DNA of 64,000 bases. Source: the human T2T-CHM13v2.0 reference genome, Homo sapiens. Of the stretch, positions 1 to 13,585 are shown one piece after another. The position numbers and the translations under genes were made by a program. The DNA lies in assembly GCF_009914755.1 (NCBI RefSeq), contig NC_060945.1, one strand, 5' to 3'. A model generated the notes under the pieces. It saw only the letters and a program-made list of their open reading frames with translations, searched no databases and was not told where the DNA came from. Position 1 is the stretch's first letter, and each line of letters begins with the position of its first letter.

Positions 1-291
1 AACTGATGGATTTTGTGGGGCATCCCAAGTCTAGGGCCACATCTAGAAGGACCTAGGAACTCTTCCCCAACAAAATATTCTCGTCCAAAAATATGGCTGT
101 GGGTATTTCACCCATCGACTGAATTCCATATCAGAGCAAAAGACTGCACAGTTCACAGCGCTTGGCGCAGTCCAGGAGCGTCACTCCTCCAGGCCAGCTG
201 TGAGTCCGCGATGAACATGAACATGCACTTTGTTGTTCTCAGAGTTATCCTGACACTCTGGGCTCATTAGACAATTAGAAAATATGGGTCA

Positions 292-580
292 GCTGGGCAT
301 GGTGGATCACACCTGTAATCCGAGCACTCCGGGAAGCCAAGGCGGGCAGATCACCTGAGGTCAGGAGTTCAAGACCAGCCTGGCCAACATGGTGAGACCC
401 CCGTCTCTACTAAAAATACAAAAATTAGCTGGGCATGGTGGCGTGCACCTGTAATCCCAGCTATTCAGGAGGCTGAGGCAGGATAATCACTTGAACCTGG
501 GAGGCAGAGGTTGCAGTGAGCCGAGATCACACCACTGCGCTCCAGCCTGGGTGACAGAGTGAGACTCCATCTCAGAAAAA

Positions 581-610
<30 letters not shown>
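292..610 (+). mobile_element. AluS with TSD (AAAATATGGGTCA)
   Basis: Full dimer, poly-A tail, flanking direct repeat. Confidence 0.93.
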
Positions 611-612
<2 letters not shown>

Positions 613-1528
613 ATATGGGTCATTCCCACTGTTTTAAGGGATAGTTTTGAAAGATAATATAATATTTTTCTTATTGAATTAAGAAAAAATCCATGGGGGC
701 AGAATTTAATCTAATTGAGTGATTAAAAATAACACAAATTGCTCAAGGGCAGAGATGGGTATATAATTTCACTGTGGAGCAAAGCACTCTAAAATTGTTA
801 CTTTAACAATCTCGTAACAATTAGCATTCAATAAAGGTTTTAAAAGAAACACACTGCACACACAGAGCCATATGCCCAACACAGCACACGGGAAAGGTCA
901 GGCAGCATGACAAGGAGAATCCCAGGTCCCCTTTTCATTTGAGGTTCCACCAGAACTCTGTTGCACAGACCACCACTACCGTTAAGACTGTTTTTATCTG
1001 GGGCAGGCTCTTTGTTACCCAGAGATCTGTATTGTGCTAATACTTCCTATAATAGGTTTTAAATTAAGTCAAGCTAGTTCTCTTTGGCAGCAAACATAAA
1101 CACAAGAACATTATTTACATATCCGGGGACCTGATCAGCAGCTGTTTACTTGGCAGCTACAGTGAAGTGTTAAGGAACAGCAAGCTGATTTCCAGAGATT
1201 CTTTAAAATCAAACTTTCTGTTGGTGCAACTGTTTGCCAAGAAAATGTTTCCTTAATCCTTTTACCATCAAAAACCACCATATGCTGAACTATGGCGACA
1301 TAACCACTTTCTGGAGACTCTCAGAATGTTCCACCGTCTTCTCAGAGCACTTAAGGAAAAGCAGCTTGCCCATATAAAAATTCTACTGTGTCCTGCACAA
1401 AAATAACTACAAATGCAGCAGTTTTCAAGGATAACTGAGACAACTTTAGAAGTGCTTTTGGGAGCTGTTATCACACTCCCAGGAACAAAAGTAGGTGAAG
1501 GAAAGATAAAATTCCACAAAAAGGTATA

Positions 1529-1739
1529 CGGTAAGTCCTCACTTAATGTAGTCAGTAAGTTCTTGGAAACTGCAACTTTATGCAAAATGACATACAATGA
1601 AACCAATTTTTTTCCTCATCAACATTATAACAAAATGATGTTGAACAAAATGACATTAGTTGGGAACCTGCTGTACATCGTGTCACTTAAAAGTCACAGT
1701 TTCCAAGAACCTGTCGACAACGTGAAGTGAGGACTTAGT
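1529..1739. mobile_element. MER6-family (TcMar-Tigger) MITE, MER6B-like
   Basis: ~65-nt terminal inverted repeats (AAGTCCTCACTT...TTCTTGGAAACTG), TA flanks. Confidence 0.8.
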
Positions 1740-1913
1740 TATGAAGTGTGGTAGGTTATAATCGAAATTAAAGAAAAACAGAAATAAAGCAGGGAATTTC
1801 TAAACCCCCTACGTTTTTACATAACTGCAAAATGACCCATCAATTCTGGCCCCAAATAGCAAGGTAAAACTTTCATTACAAGAAAATTGACAAAACCATT
1901 AATTCAAGATATT

Positions 1914-2529
<616 letters not shown>

Positions 2530-2639
2530 CTATCTGGCAACCAATGACTCTTAGATTTCTGCCCAAAAGCCCCCAACCACTGTCAGCCACACAACTGACA
2601 AGCAACACACCCCCACCTCCACATCCTCAGAGGCCTTAC

Positions 2640-2748
2640 CTTTCACCAGGACCTTGGGAACTTTTGTGTGGCTGGCGCAGAAGGCACTGTAGAGCTTGAA
2701 GCGGTCAGCATAATACAGGAATGATCCCCCCAGAGAGAACAGCACTTT
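2640..2748 (-). CDS. TIAM1: TIAM1 coding exon, DH domain ([37 protein letters not shown]), 109 nt, phase 0-1
   Basis: Overlaps ORF 2551..2745; acceptor atccag|AAA, donor AAAG|gtaagg; next exon lies outside the window. Confidence 0.96.
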
Positions 2749-3375
2749 CTGGATTTGACGAGAAAAGGCACAGTTGGTTGTTTCCTTCCTCCACTGGAAA
2801 TATCAGCAGGTTATGGCAGGGAGCTCACATCTGCCTGGCCCACCCCACAAATCAACATCTTCCGTGCCTGTCAGAGCCTTTCTTTGCTATCAAATGCCCT
2901 AAAATTGCCCATTACAAAGTATGTGCTTGTACAAGTTTGTGTAAAAGGTGTTGGACTTTTTGTCTTCTTAGTATTTATAGGGTAGATGTCCCTGGTTTTC
3001 CAGGTCTGTGTCTTTTAATAACCTATCCGGGCTGTTTGAATGTTGATGAGAAAGTATATACTTTGGAAAAGTCAGAAATCTCAATTCTCTCATTAGCTCC
3101 TGTTGGCAAACTAAATAAAGGCAGGAAATGCTCATACCTCCCGCCCCCGAAGCAGAAAACATGTTCCTCTGATCACTATCTTCATGCCTTCCAAAACCAC
3201 CTTCTCCTCTAGCAACTAAGAACATAAGCAATATTAAAGGAAGAAACACGCTCAACTATGGAAGTCAGGTATCATCTCCCCAGCCTCTCTGCCCTGTCCC
3301 AGTAGGATCACAACTGGGTAGAGGCCTTCTCATTAAGATTTTACTATGCCTGAGAAGATACTTTGTATCCCACAC

Positions 3376-3550
3376 ATTATATATAGAGATATGTTATATG
3401 TAAATATATAATATATAGATATATATAAATATATATTCTATAAAATATATATTTTATATAATATATAAAATATATAATATATAAAAATATATAATATATA
3501 ATTAATATATTATATTAATATATTATATTAAAATATATATATATATATAT
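3376..3550. repeat. AT-rich (TA)n low-complexity tract
   Basis: Nearly pure A/T, mostly alternating. Confidence 0.92.
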
Positions 3551-3952
3551 GGCCTCAGAAAAACACCTTCTGTTTCACACTGAAAGAGTCTTGTTTAGAG
3601 AGGGACCTTATTTAGCTTATTGAGGCTTAGAATTAAAAGGCAGGGTTCAAGCAAAGAAATAAGGTTTTGAATTTGAGTAACAAACTAGGTTCCCCAAAGT
3701 GCAATTTATCTAATGAACAATGCAGAGGATTCTGAGTCTGTCCATGACCAAAAAAAAAAAAAAAAAAAAAAAAGGTTTATTTTAAACCATACATAATTGG
3801 TAATTAGATGCCTCACTACTCTTCTTACGTGTTCTCCTTTTCCTCCTTTACTTTCCAAGCCCTCCGCAAATCTCCACCCTGGCTTGGAGGGTGTCAGCAG
3901 GAGTACCCTGGGTACTGCCATCGGACTCTGTGAGGGAGTTATCCTTGGAGCC

Positions 3953-4283
3953 TGATATGGTTTGGCTGTGTCCTCACTCAAATCTCACCTTGAATTGTAG
4001 CTCCCATAATCCCCATATGTTGTGAGAGGTAACTGAATAATGGAGGCAGGTTTTTCCTGTGCTGTTCTCATGATAGCGAATAAGTCTCAGGAGATCTGAT
4101 GGTTTTTATAAAGGGCGGTTCCCCTGCACACGCTCTCTTGCCTGCCGCCATGTAAGATGTGACTTTGCTCCTCCTGAGGCCTCCCCAGCCATGAGGGACT
4201 GTGAGTCCATTAAACCTCTTTTTCTTTACAAATTACCCAATCTCAGGTATTTCTTCATAGCAATGTGAAAATGAACTAATACA
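3953..4283 (+). mobile_element. THE1-type MaLR solo LTR (THE1B-like), antisense to TIAM1
   Basis: Starts TGATATGGTTTGGCTGTGTCC, ends CTAATACA; 5-bp TSD GAGCC/GAGTC. Confidence 0.9.
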
Positions 4284-4974
4284 GAGTCATACCCAAGAAT
4301 TAAGCAAAAAAAGTTGTGGAAGAAAATGTGCTAAATGTAACCCCTCCCTTTAGCCATCCTAAAGCCATTCATTTATTTAACTTAATATTTACTGTTTATT
4401 TACCCTACCATAACCACAGATGAAACACTAAGGTATTCACTTATTCCTCCCGCCTTAAAAATTGATTCTCAGGGAACAATGTGCACACAAATATGAGGGT
4501 TTATACACAAAGACTCCACTTCCCCAATGTTTCTGTTCTGTAGGACTTCAGAACGCTTCTCACAGGCTGACGTACATTGCAAATTTCCAAATGAAAATTT
4601 TATCAAAACTTATTTGACATCAGAACTAATTATTTCCTTCTGATACTACCTTGAGACTAGTGCTCTATGCAACACAGTTTGAAGATTTTAACAAGTTTTT
4701 CTTTTTCTTTTTTTTTTGGTCAAATATACAATGAGGAGTTTAAAAAGAGCAGCAATTGTGGAAATCAGCAGCAACAGGTTTGGGAGCAAATCTGGAAACC
4801 AACTCAGAGAGCCTGGAGAGAATCCTGCAGGCAGGCACACTAGTGTTCATGAGCCATCTCACCTTACAGATGGAATGGAGACAATCAGATTGTGCCATAA
4901 ACAGCAAAGTGAAGGTATATGAAGAGGGTCCCACTTATGTGGAATTGAGAAGAGTGATGGTTGAGTATGGAAGT

Positions 4975-5205
4975 ACCGGTTTGGTATCCTTGATCCAAAA
5001 TACTTGTGACCAGAAGTACTTCAGATTTCATATTTTTTCATATTTGGGAATATCTGCATTATATTTACTGGTTGAGCATCAAAAATCGAAAATCCAGAAT
5101 GCTCCAATGGCCATTTCCTTAGAGCAACATGTTGGCACTCAAAAAGTTTCCAATTTTAGAGCAGTTTGGATTTCAGATTTTCAGATTTGAGATGCTCCAC
5201 CTGTC
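4975..5205. mobile_element. Tigger4/MER46-like MITE
   Basis: TATCC...GACCAGAAGT start, GATGCTCCACCTG end. Confidence 0.72.
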
Positions 5206-5619
5206 ACTAAAAGAAGCAATGTACCTGCCTCTCCCTAGAATAACACTGCTCTCAGTACACTCAAGTCTATATCAAAGTTCTGGTACCCAAAGTCTCCTTT
5301 TTGTGAATCTTTTTAGTGATTAACTGGACCCAAACTCAAAGAACCAGCCCCACAGCAAAAGACTTGTAAATGAATATAATGAATGTTAGCTACTTTAGGT
5401 TAAAACGTAGTATTTTAAAGTATGTCTATAACCATATTTTAACCAACCCTGGCCTCCAGAATATATCCATTTTTATTAAGCAGCTTTTTTGTTTATCTAA
5501 CTACCAGGCCACATTATGTGTTCTACTGTGCAAATTATCAATTTACTAATTTAGAAAACAGGTATCACTACAATGAACCTAACTTATTTCAAATGAAGAG
5601 CATAACCACCAACAAGCAA

Positions 5620-7495
5620 TTTTTGAACACAAAAATGAACTATATGGAGTATTTAGGGTGAAAGATATATTATTGTGCCTACAACTTTCTCTTAAATGGT
5701 TTTGGAAGAAAATATTTTATATGTACACATAGACACACCATACATGCATAATGTACACACATGCACATATGGATACATATACACATAGGAGACAGGGAGG
5801 GAAAGAAAGAATAAAGCAAATGTAGCCCAATGCTACCATTTGGGGAATCTAGATGAAGGGTATTCAGGAATTCTCTGCACTATTCTTGTAACTTTTCTGT
5901 AAGTCTGAAATTATACCCAAACAAAAATGAACACCTATAATATATACATATATATTCACATACTTATGTGTGTTTGTATGTAATTCTTAGTAGCTCCTGT
6001 TGCAGAGAGGCAATGTAAAGAGATAACACATACACAAAAAAACATATATTGAGGTAGAATATCGAGGTGAGGCAGTCTTTACCCCGGCTCCAAAACTTGT
6101 ACCCTAACATTACACAGCTAGATTCCTGCAAGTGTTAGAAGGCAGGCAAAGTGTATGGGGGCCTATACACATATGAACAGCTCATTCTTAACACAAATGC
6201 AAAAGAAATTGAGTGGAAAAAGGATCAAACGACAGCCATTGCAACAAACAGGATTAGAAAAATTGGATATTCATACACACACAAATTAACTTTGATTCCT
6301 ACATTAAACCATAACAAATTTAAGTTCAAATAGATCAGAAGTCTAAATGTAAAACTATAAAACTTCTAAGAGAAAACTACAAAACTTCTAAGAGTAAACA
6401 CAGGAAAAAATCTTTAGGCAAAGATTTCATAGATAAGACACCAAAAGTGTGATTCAAAAAGGGAAAATTTGAAAAACTGTACTTCATCAAAATTAAAAAC
6501 TTCTGCTCTGTGAAGGGCACTGTCAAGAAAATGAAAAGATGGGCCTCAAATACAGAAAAAAATATTTACAAATCATGTATCTGATAAAGGACTTATAAAG
6601 GATATACAAAGAACTCTCAAAACTCAATATTAGTAAACAAATAACCCAGTAAAATAAATGAGCAAATTATTTGAACAAACACTTCACCAAGGTGGATATA
6701 CTGAGGGCAAAAAACAAGCACATAACAGAAGACGCTCATCATCGTAAGTCATTAGGGAAATTAAAATTAGAACCATAATGAGCTGCTACTACACACCTGT
6801 TAGAATAGCTAAAAAGAGAAAGTGACTGTGACCTCAGCAGAACAATGAGGAGGAACTGCTGGAGGGAGCTGCAATGGTATAACCACTTTGTAAAACAGTT
6901 GAGCAGTTTCTTAAAAAGTTAAACATACCCTTACCATATGACCCAACCATTCCCTTCCTGGGTACTTAAGAGAAATGAGAGCATATATCCATACTAAAAC
7001 TTGTACACATATGTTCACAGCAGCTTTATTTGTAATTACCAAAAACTGGAAACAACCCAAATGCCCAAGAAAGGTGAATGGATAACAAAGTGTGGTCTAT
7101 CCATTCAATGGAAGACAATGCAGCAATGAAAAGGGATGAGCTCTTGATACACACAGCAATATGGACGGATCTCAGTACAACTACGCTGAGTGGAAGCAGC
7201 CCCAGAAAAACGGGTACTTGGTATGGGATTCCACCAATATAAAATTCCAGAATGCAAACATATTTAACATAACAGGGAGCAGAGCATGGAGCAGGGGTAG
7301 AGTGGGAGGGCAGTAAGAGGCAGAAGAGAAAAACCACAAAAGGGCAGGACAAGACTTTCAGGAGAAATGATTATGTGCATTGTCCTGATTGTGACGATGG
7401 TTTCATAGGGGTGTGTGTGTGTGAATTCATCAAATTCCACACTAAGTATATGCAGCATATTCTACTGCACAATTATACCCCAATTAATCTGTTAA
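5620..7495 (+). mobile_element. Old L1M (L1MC/ME-type) 3' fragments
   Basis: Degenerate ORF2 3' end/3'UTR motifs (AATTAAAAACTTCTGCTCTG, CCATATGACCCAAC, CTGGAAACAACCCAAATG). Confidence 0.8.
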
Positions 7496-7766
7496 AGCAC
7501 ATGAGGGTGACACGTAAGCCAACACATGAAGCAATGTGCTTTGTTAATTGGAGGTGCAACACAGGAAATCTGCAATAAAAGAAAGCCAAGCAGGGGAGAG
7601 GAAATAAGCATCCTTGCTAAGGCACTAGTCATAAATCCTCATTAGGCTGCAAGGACACCGTGTGCTGGAAGATTGTCTTTCCCCTGGATAATGATAAGCA
7701 TTTCCATTAAGCAAAGTTTCCCAGAACACGATAAATTAATTTGTTTACTGGGTAACCAGAAGTGCC

Positions 7767-8094
<328 letters not shown>

Positions 8095-8375
8095 TGATAG
8101 CTAAAGCATTAAAGGCCCCCACATAAACCAAACAAAAGGTCAAGGTTGGTACTTCTTCTCACGTAAAAGCCAGCAGCTGCACCAGTTTAATGCAAATTGA
8201 TGGCATTGGGCTTCCCTTAGCCAGACCAGCAAGACACACTCCATTCCCCTCCCTCTCAGACACCCTTAGGAACGGACCCCACTGTGGCCCTCCAATGAAG
8301 ACATCAACACGATCAGGGGATTCAACTTGAGCCACACTATAGCCCTGACGCTGGAGGCAGCTTTGCACTATTTAC

Positions 8376-8501
8376 CTTAAATTGATCAACCTTCTCAAGC
8401 TTTTCCAAATCAGGTACCAGTCTCACTCCATCTTCTAGAGTTTTAAGGAATTCTACTTGAAACTCTACCATTTCCGTTAAATTTCCAAAAAGCACGTCAA
8501 G
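8376..8501 (-). CDS. TIAM1: TIAM1 coding exon, DH domain (LDVLFGNLTEMVEFQVEFLKTLEDGVRLVPDLEKLEKVDQFK), 126 nt, phase 0-0
   Basis: Acceptor tttctag|CTT, donor AAG|gtaaat; DH LFGNL motif. Confidence 0.96.
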
Positions 8502-8805
8502 CTAGAAATAAAACAGAATTTAATGCACCTCATATCTCATTAGTCTTCCTAAACGTTATTTATATCTGATTACAAGGTTTTTCTATCAATTCTTATCAAT
8601 TAAGAGAATAATCCCACTACCAGAGAGCGGGGCAGTTTTTTACTCTTCATGAGCACACCAAAGCTTAGCAGGCAATAATTTCAGCTAGTTACAATTAAAT
8701 AAATTTAAAATGTTTTCAGTGTTCCGCATGTCCCCATTTTTCCTCTTTACCAACAAGTCAAACCACAGTATGATGGTCACAAAGTTGAAACCATTTCCAG
8801 CATAC

Positions 8806-8874
8806 CTCATCCTGGGTGAGAAAAGTTTCTTTTTGAAGAGGCTTTAGGTATCTCTCCATAAGACAGTTTAAATC
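8806..8874 (-). CDS. TIAM1: TIAM1 coding exon, DH domain (DLNCLMERYLKPLQKETFLTQDE), 69 nt, phase 0-0
   Basis: Acceptor tcttag|GAT, donor GAG|gtatgc. Confidence 0.96.
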
Positions 8875-9045
8875 CTAAGAATTGAAAAGAGAACTCATTA
8901 GCTTATGTGTTTTATTTTTTATATACCCTAGAACTTAAAGTATAAAGCATATGTTAATGTCTATAAAAGGATCTAGAAGAGAACAAACAGATCCTGTCCC
9001 GAAGGCTAACGTTAGAGACTTTAGGTCGTTAAGGTCCATTTCATG

Positions 9046-9250
9046 CAGGAGTAAGCCAACCTTTTCTGTCAATATTTTAGGCTTCGAGGACTAAAATACG
9101 GTCTCCATTGCAACTTCTTCAACTGTAGCACCCAAGCAGGCATAGACAATATGTCAAGGAATGAGCGTGGCTGTGTTCTCATCAAACTTTATTTGCGAAA
9201 ACAGGCAGCGAGCTGGATTTGACCTGAGAGCCGTCGTTTGCTAACCCCTG
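9046..9250. mobile_element. MER58-like hAT-Charlie MITE
   Basis: AAACTTTATTT..AAAACAGGC..GCTGGATTTG..TTTGCTAACCCCTG. Confidence 0.75.
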
Positions 9251-9518
9251 ATTTAAAAGACTAAGATATAGATACTTAAACAGATCACCCTGCTTTCGCA
9301 TAGGAAATGTGACCAGGTGTCAGAACAAGTGATAACACAAAGACAACAGACCTGGCAGTCTTCTGGCTAGATTCTAATTAGATTATGAAGATCATACCCT
9401 CAACTTTTAAAAAAATTAAATGTAGCTTTCTTATTAGGTCAACAACACATACATATATATATATATATATAAATGAATTGCCGTGAAAATCACTAGGCTT
9501 CCTTAAAAATCACAAGAA

Positions 9519-9822
9519 GGCTGGGCGTGGTAGCTCTCACGCCTATAGTCCCAGTACTTTGGGAGGCCAAGGTGGGAGGATCGCTTGAGCCCATGAGTTC
9601 GAAACCAGCATGGGCAACATGGTGAAACCTCCTCTCTACAAAAAAAAACAGAAAACGGGGCTGGGCATGGTGGCATGCACCTGTGGTCCCAGCTACTCAG
9701 GAGGCTGAGGAGGGAGGATTACTTGAGCGCAGGAAGTAAAGGCTGCAGTGAGCTATGATCACACCACTGTACTCCAGCCTGGCCAACAGAGTGAGACTAT
9801 CTTAAAAAAACAAAAAAAACAA
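9519..9822 (+). mobile_element. AluJ
   Basis: GGAGGATCGCTTGAGCCC diagnostic, diverged dimer. Confidence 0.9.
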
Positions 9823-9988
9823 CTCAAAACAAGCTTTTAACATTCAGAGTATAGGCAAAATTCCAGGAGAAACCAAGACGCTCTTCATGAACACAGTTTA
9901 AATCAGCTGTTAATGAAAACCAGCAGACACACCAACTTCACTCCTTTATGAGGCAGAGGGAGGGCAGGGGGAGAAAAAAGAAACATAC

Positions 9989-10168
9989 CTTCACGTAGGT
10001 GCGCTCCGTCTCCAGGAGCTCGCAGATCACCTTGCGCAGCTTATCTGCATCCGAGAGTTGTCTCATGGTCGCCAGCTGAGGCCCCGTGGAGTCCTGAGGA
10101 GATGGGCTCTGGTCAGAGGGGTTCATCTCATGCAAACTGCGGCAAAATGCGGCCACCTGTTCTGTACT
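9989..10168 (-). CDS. TIAM1: TIAM1 coding exon, start of DH domain (STEQVAAFCRSL...KLRKVICELLETERTYVK), 180 nt, phase 0-0
   Basis: Overlaps ORF 9938..10156; DH CR1 motif ELLETERTYV; acceptor ctccgaag|AGT, donor AAG|gtatgt. Confidence 0.96.
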
Positions 10169-10354
10169 CTTCGGAGCACAGGGGGGAAGGGAAGGCAGAG
10201 GTCATTATCCCTCATTAGACGCACCTGACACCTGGACCGCCTAGAGGTGTTCTCCCTGGTTAGTCAACTGTCACATATGAATGTCGTCTTGTGTTTCCAC
10301 AAATTGCTCCACATTTAGGAGAGCTTCTTGAATGCTCATAACAACCAGGATAAC

Positions 10355-10550
10355 AATTGCTAACATACACTCATCGCTTACCACACGCCTAGTGCCGGTC
10401 TAATGCATTTCATCTGCCCACACGGTAAGGACAACGGAAGCCCAGAGGGGTTAAGTAACTCATCCAAGATGATGCAGTACGTAAGTGGCAGAGCTGGGAT
10501 TTGAACCAGGCAATCTGGTTTCAAAGCCTATGGATCTTAACCACTCCCCA
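10355..10550 (-). mobile_element. MIR fragment
   Basis: GGTTAAGTAACT..CCAAG..GTAAGTGGCAGAGCTGGGATTTGAACC core. Confidence 0.75.
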
Positions 10551-11014
10551 AGCAAGAAGTCGATAAATCAGGAGACATAAAAGTTAGCTGCATTTCACCC
10601 AAGGTACAAGCCTCATTAATTATCAGACTCCCAGTTCAGTAAACTATCTACTTTGCAATGTTGCAAAGATGATTTTACAAGCTAAGGTTCTTCCTGTTAA
10701 AAATGGACACTGAGTCAACTTTCTAGATTAAGAAAGATACCCATACTTAAATAAAAGTTTCTCCCTCTCCAGCTTCTCCAAAGGCAAAAAGATACCACTC
10801 CCCTTTAAGAATAACGAGATTAGCCCTAAAATAGGCCTCAATGGGAGATCCCAGTCTCCACATCTACCAGGGATGAATCAGGTGTAGACCATAAAGGTTG
10901 CACACGTTTTGTCATCCATTTGAAACGTAGGATTCCAGGATTCTAAAATTCCAACTCTTCCAGTTACACAAACAGTTCTCCAAAGCAAGGGCTGCTGTAA
11001 AAACCCATGAGACC

Positions 11015-11155
11015 AGTAGTTTTCCAACTTGGCTGCTTATGAGAATCACTGGGGAGCTTTTCAACCTCCCGATGCCCATGCACACCAGAGATCAATTTCA
11101 TCAGAATCTCTGGGGTGGGATATGCAGATATCAATATGTTTTAAAGCTCTCTGTG
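11015..11155. mobile_element. MER5-like hAT fragment
   Basis: AGAATCACTGGGGAGCTT..ATCAGAATCTCTGGGGTGGG. Confidence 0.65.
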
Positions 11156-11193
11156 TAATTGCTCTAGAGGCTATGTAGTAGCACAAAATTTAA

Positions 11194-11576
<383 letters not shown>

Positions 11577-12740
11577 TCACGCTTCTCTCTCTGCTTCTAT
11601 TGTCTAATTCAACTCTAGGCACAAAGCATTTCCAGTAAATACCGGTGCAAATAAAGAATAACTTCTTCTATCACCCACCTACCTAGCAAGAACATGAGAA
11701 TACCCTCCCAAAAACAATCGTTGGTGCACAGAGCTAAAAGTCAAGGCTGCTGTTTTGTGTAGGTCAGAAAAGCTAAAATCAAGTGTATGCCATGGAGGAG
11801 TTTTAAACACAGAGGAAGGCAGCCAACACTGAAGAGCCTTTCCCTCATTAGCATATCCAAAAGGGAAGGAAGTCTGGAATAAAGATGAGGCAAGGACAGG
11901 GAAAATCAGAACCTAAGAAGGATGCATTAGCTGCAGTGGCATGACAGGACAGAGGAGAGCCAGGACCCACATCCACATAATTATTATTCTAATTCTCTTA
12001 CAATTACCACAGCTTATTCATTGCTAGCACTAACCCTGGTCTTATATGCCAGAAGGTGTCAGTCACCTGTCAGTGGCACTATTCAATGTTTTCTGTGGAA
12101 ATGCATGTTTCTGACACTGAGTAACCCCACAAACAATTTTCCCTTAGGTGACTGACTGGAAAAATTGACCAAAATGGGCTCAGCTCTATGGTATGTAAAT
12201 TATATCTCAACAAGGCTGTTAGAAAAGAAAAACTGTGTTTTTCATCAAAGCTTGTTTCAGTAGAAATAAACTAAACAATTTTATTTAGTTAGCTAGAATT
12301 TCACTAACTCAAAATCATCATTAAATATACAGTCAAGTAGGGCTTTGTCTTAAAAATTACAAAGGAACAAATACATCCATTTTAGCAAAAAATCTTCATG
12401 TGTCTTTTAGATGATCCAGTGATAACTGTAATAGAAAACTCATTATAACACAGTCATAATGAGAAAGAAAGCAAACCCTTGCCAAAATGAAAATCCATGG
12501 ACAGACAGTGATAACAGCTGACAACTAACTGTGCCCTGTCCCTGTCTTATCCCAAACTCTCCTTGGTTGCTTTGATTTGGTACCTGGCAAAGGCACCTAA
12601 CACAACAAATGTATAATTGGCACCTCGCTTTATACCATCCTTTTCTAAAGCTTCCAACAGTAACCACAGCTGTCTGTTTTTCACAGAATTAATAGGAAAG
12701 CTACTGCTCATAGCAAATATATTCTTCACTGCAGTCTATT

Positions 12741-13585
12741 ACAGTGAGTCCTCACTTAACATGGTTTATAGGTTCTTGGAAACTGACTTTAAGCTAAACG
12801 GCATAAAGAAACCATTTTTACTGTAGGCTAATTGATACAAACAAGTTAAGTTCCTACAGCACATTTCTGGTCAAAGAAAAAATCACCACGCTTCTAAATA
12901 AAGACCAAAAGACTTCTAATATTAAACACTGAAATAAATGTAAGCCAGATATCCATTTAAGTAAGATAAATAAAAACAAGTTAAGAGAACTATTTACCCA
13001 GCTTTTGGTGAACTGGTGAGTGACGGTGGTCATAGCGGTAGTGTGTTAAGTCAAGCAATAAATGTTTGCAAAGCAAAAATTGTTAAGGGGCACCTCCTAC
13101 CATCATGCAGTTCAAAAACTAGCAAGAACAACTTTGGCAGGATCTCTGAATACTTTTGTACTGCATAGTTTCCTGCTATGCATTTGTATGATTGTATACT
13201 TTACAAGTTTTTATTTTATAATGATTTGTATTCACTTATTCACTCATTTTCCAACCCACTTATTCCAGCTCAGGATCATGGGTGACTGGAGCCTATCTTG
13301 ACAGCTCAGGGTGCAAGGCAGAAACCAACCCTGAATAGAATGCCATTCCATCACAGGGTGCACACACATACACACTCACTCAGGGACCACTGAGACATGC
13401 CAATTCATCCCATGTGCGCGTTTTTGGGCTGTGAGAGCAAACCCGAGTACCCAGAGAAAACCCACGAAGACCTGGATTTAACATGCAAATTCCACGCAGA
13501 CAGTGGTCCTGGCTAGAAATCAATTTTTTTCACATAAACGTTATGATGAAATGATGTTGAACAAAACGTTATCTGAGGAACTGCC
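12741..13585. mobile_element. Long MER6-family Tigger element
   Basis: Same terminal sequence as the MITE at 1529 (GTCCTCACTTAAC..GGTTCTTGGAAACTG), with internal body. Confidence 0.75.

Noticed and set aside
2721-3212. 163-aa antisense ORF overlapping a TIAM1 exon
   Set aside because: No recognisable homology, promoter or splice support; expected by chance
4756-5190. 144-aa plus-strand ORF
   Set aside because: Non-ATG start, runs into a Tigger4 MITE, no recognisable domain
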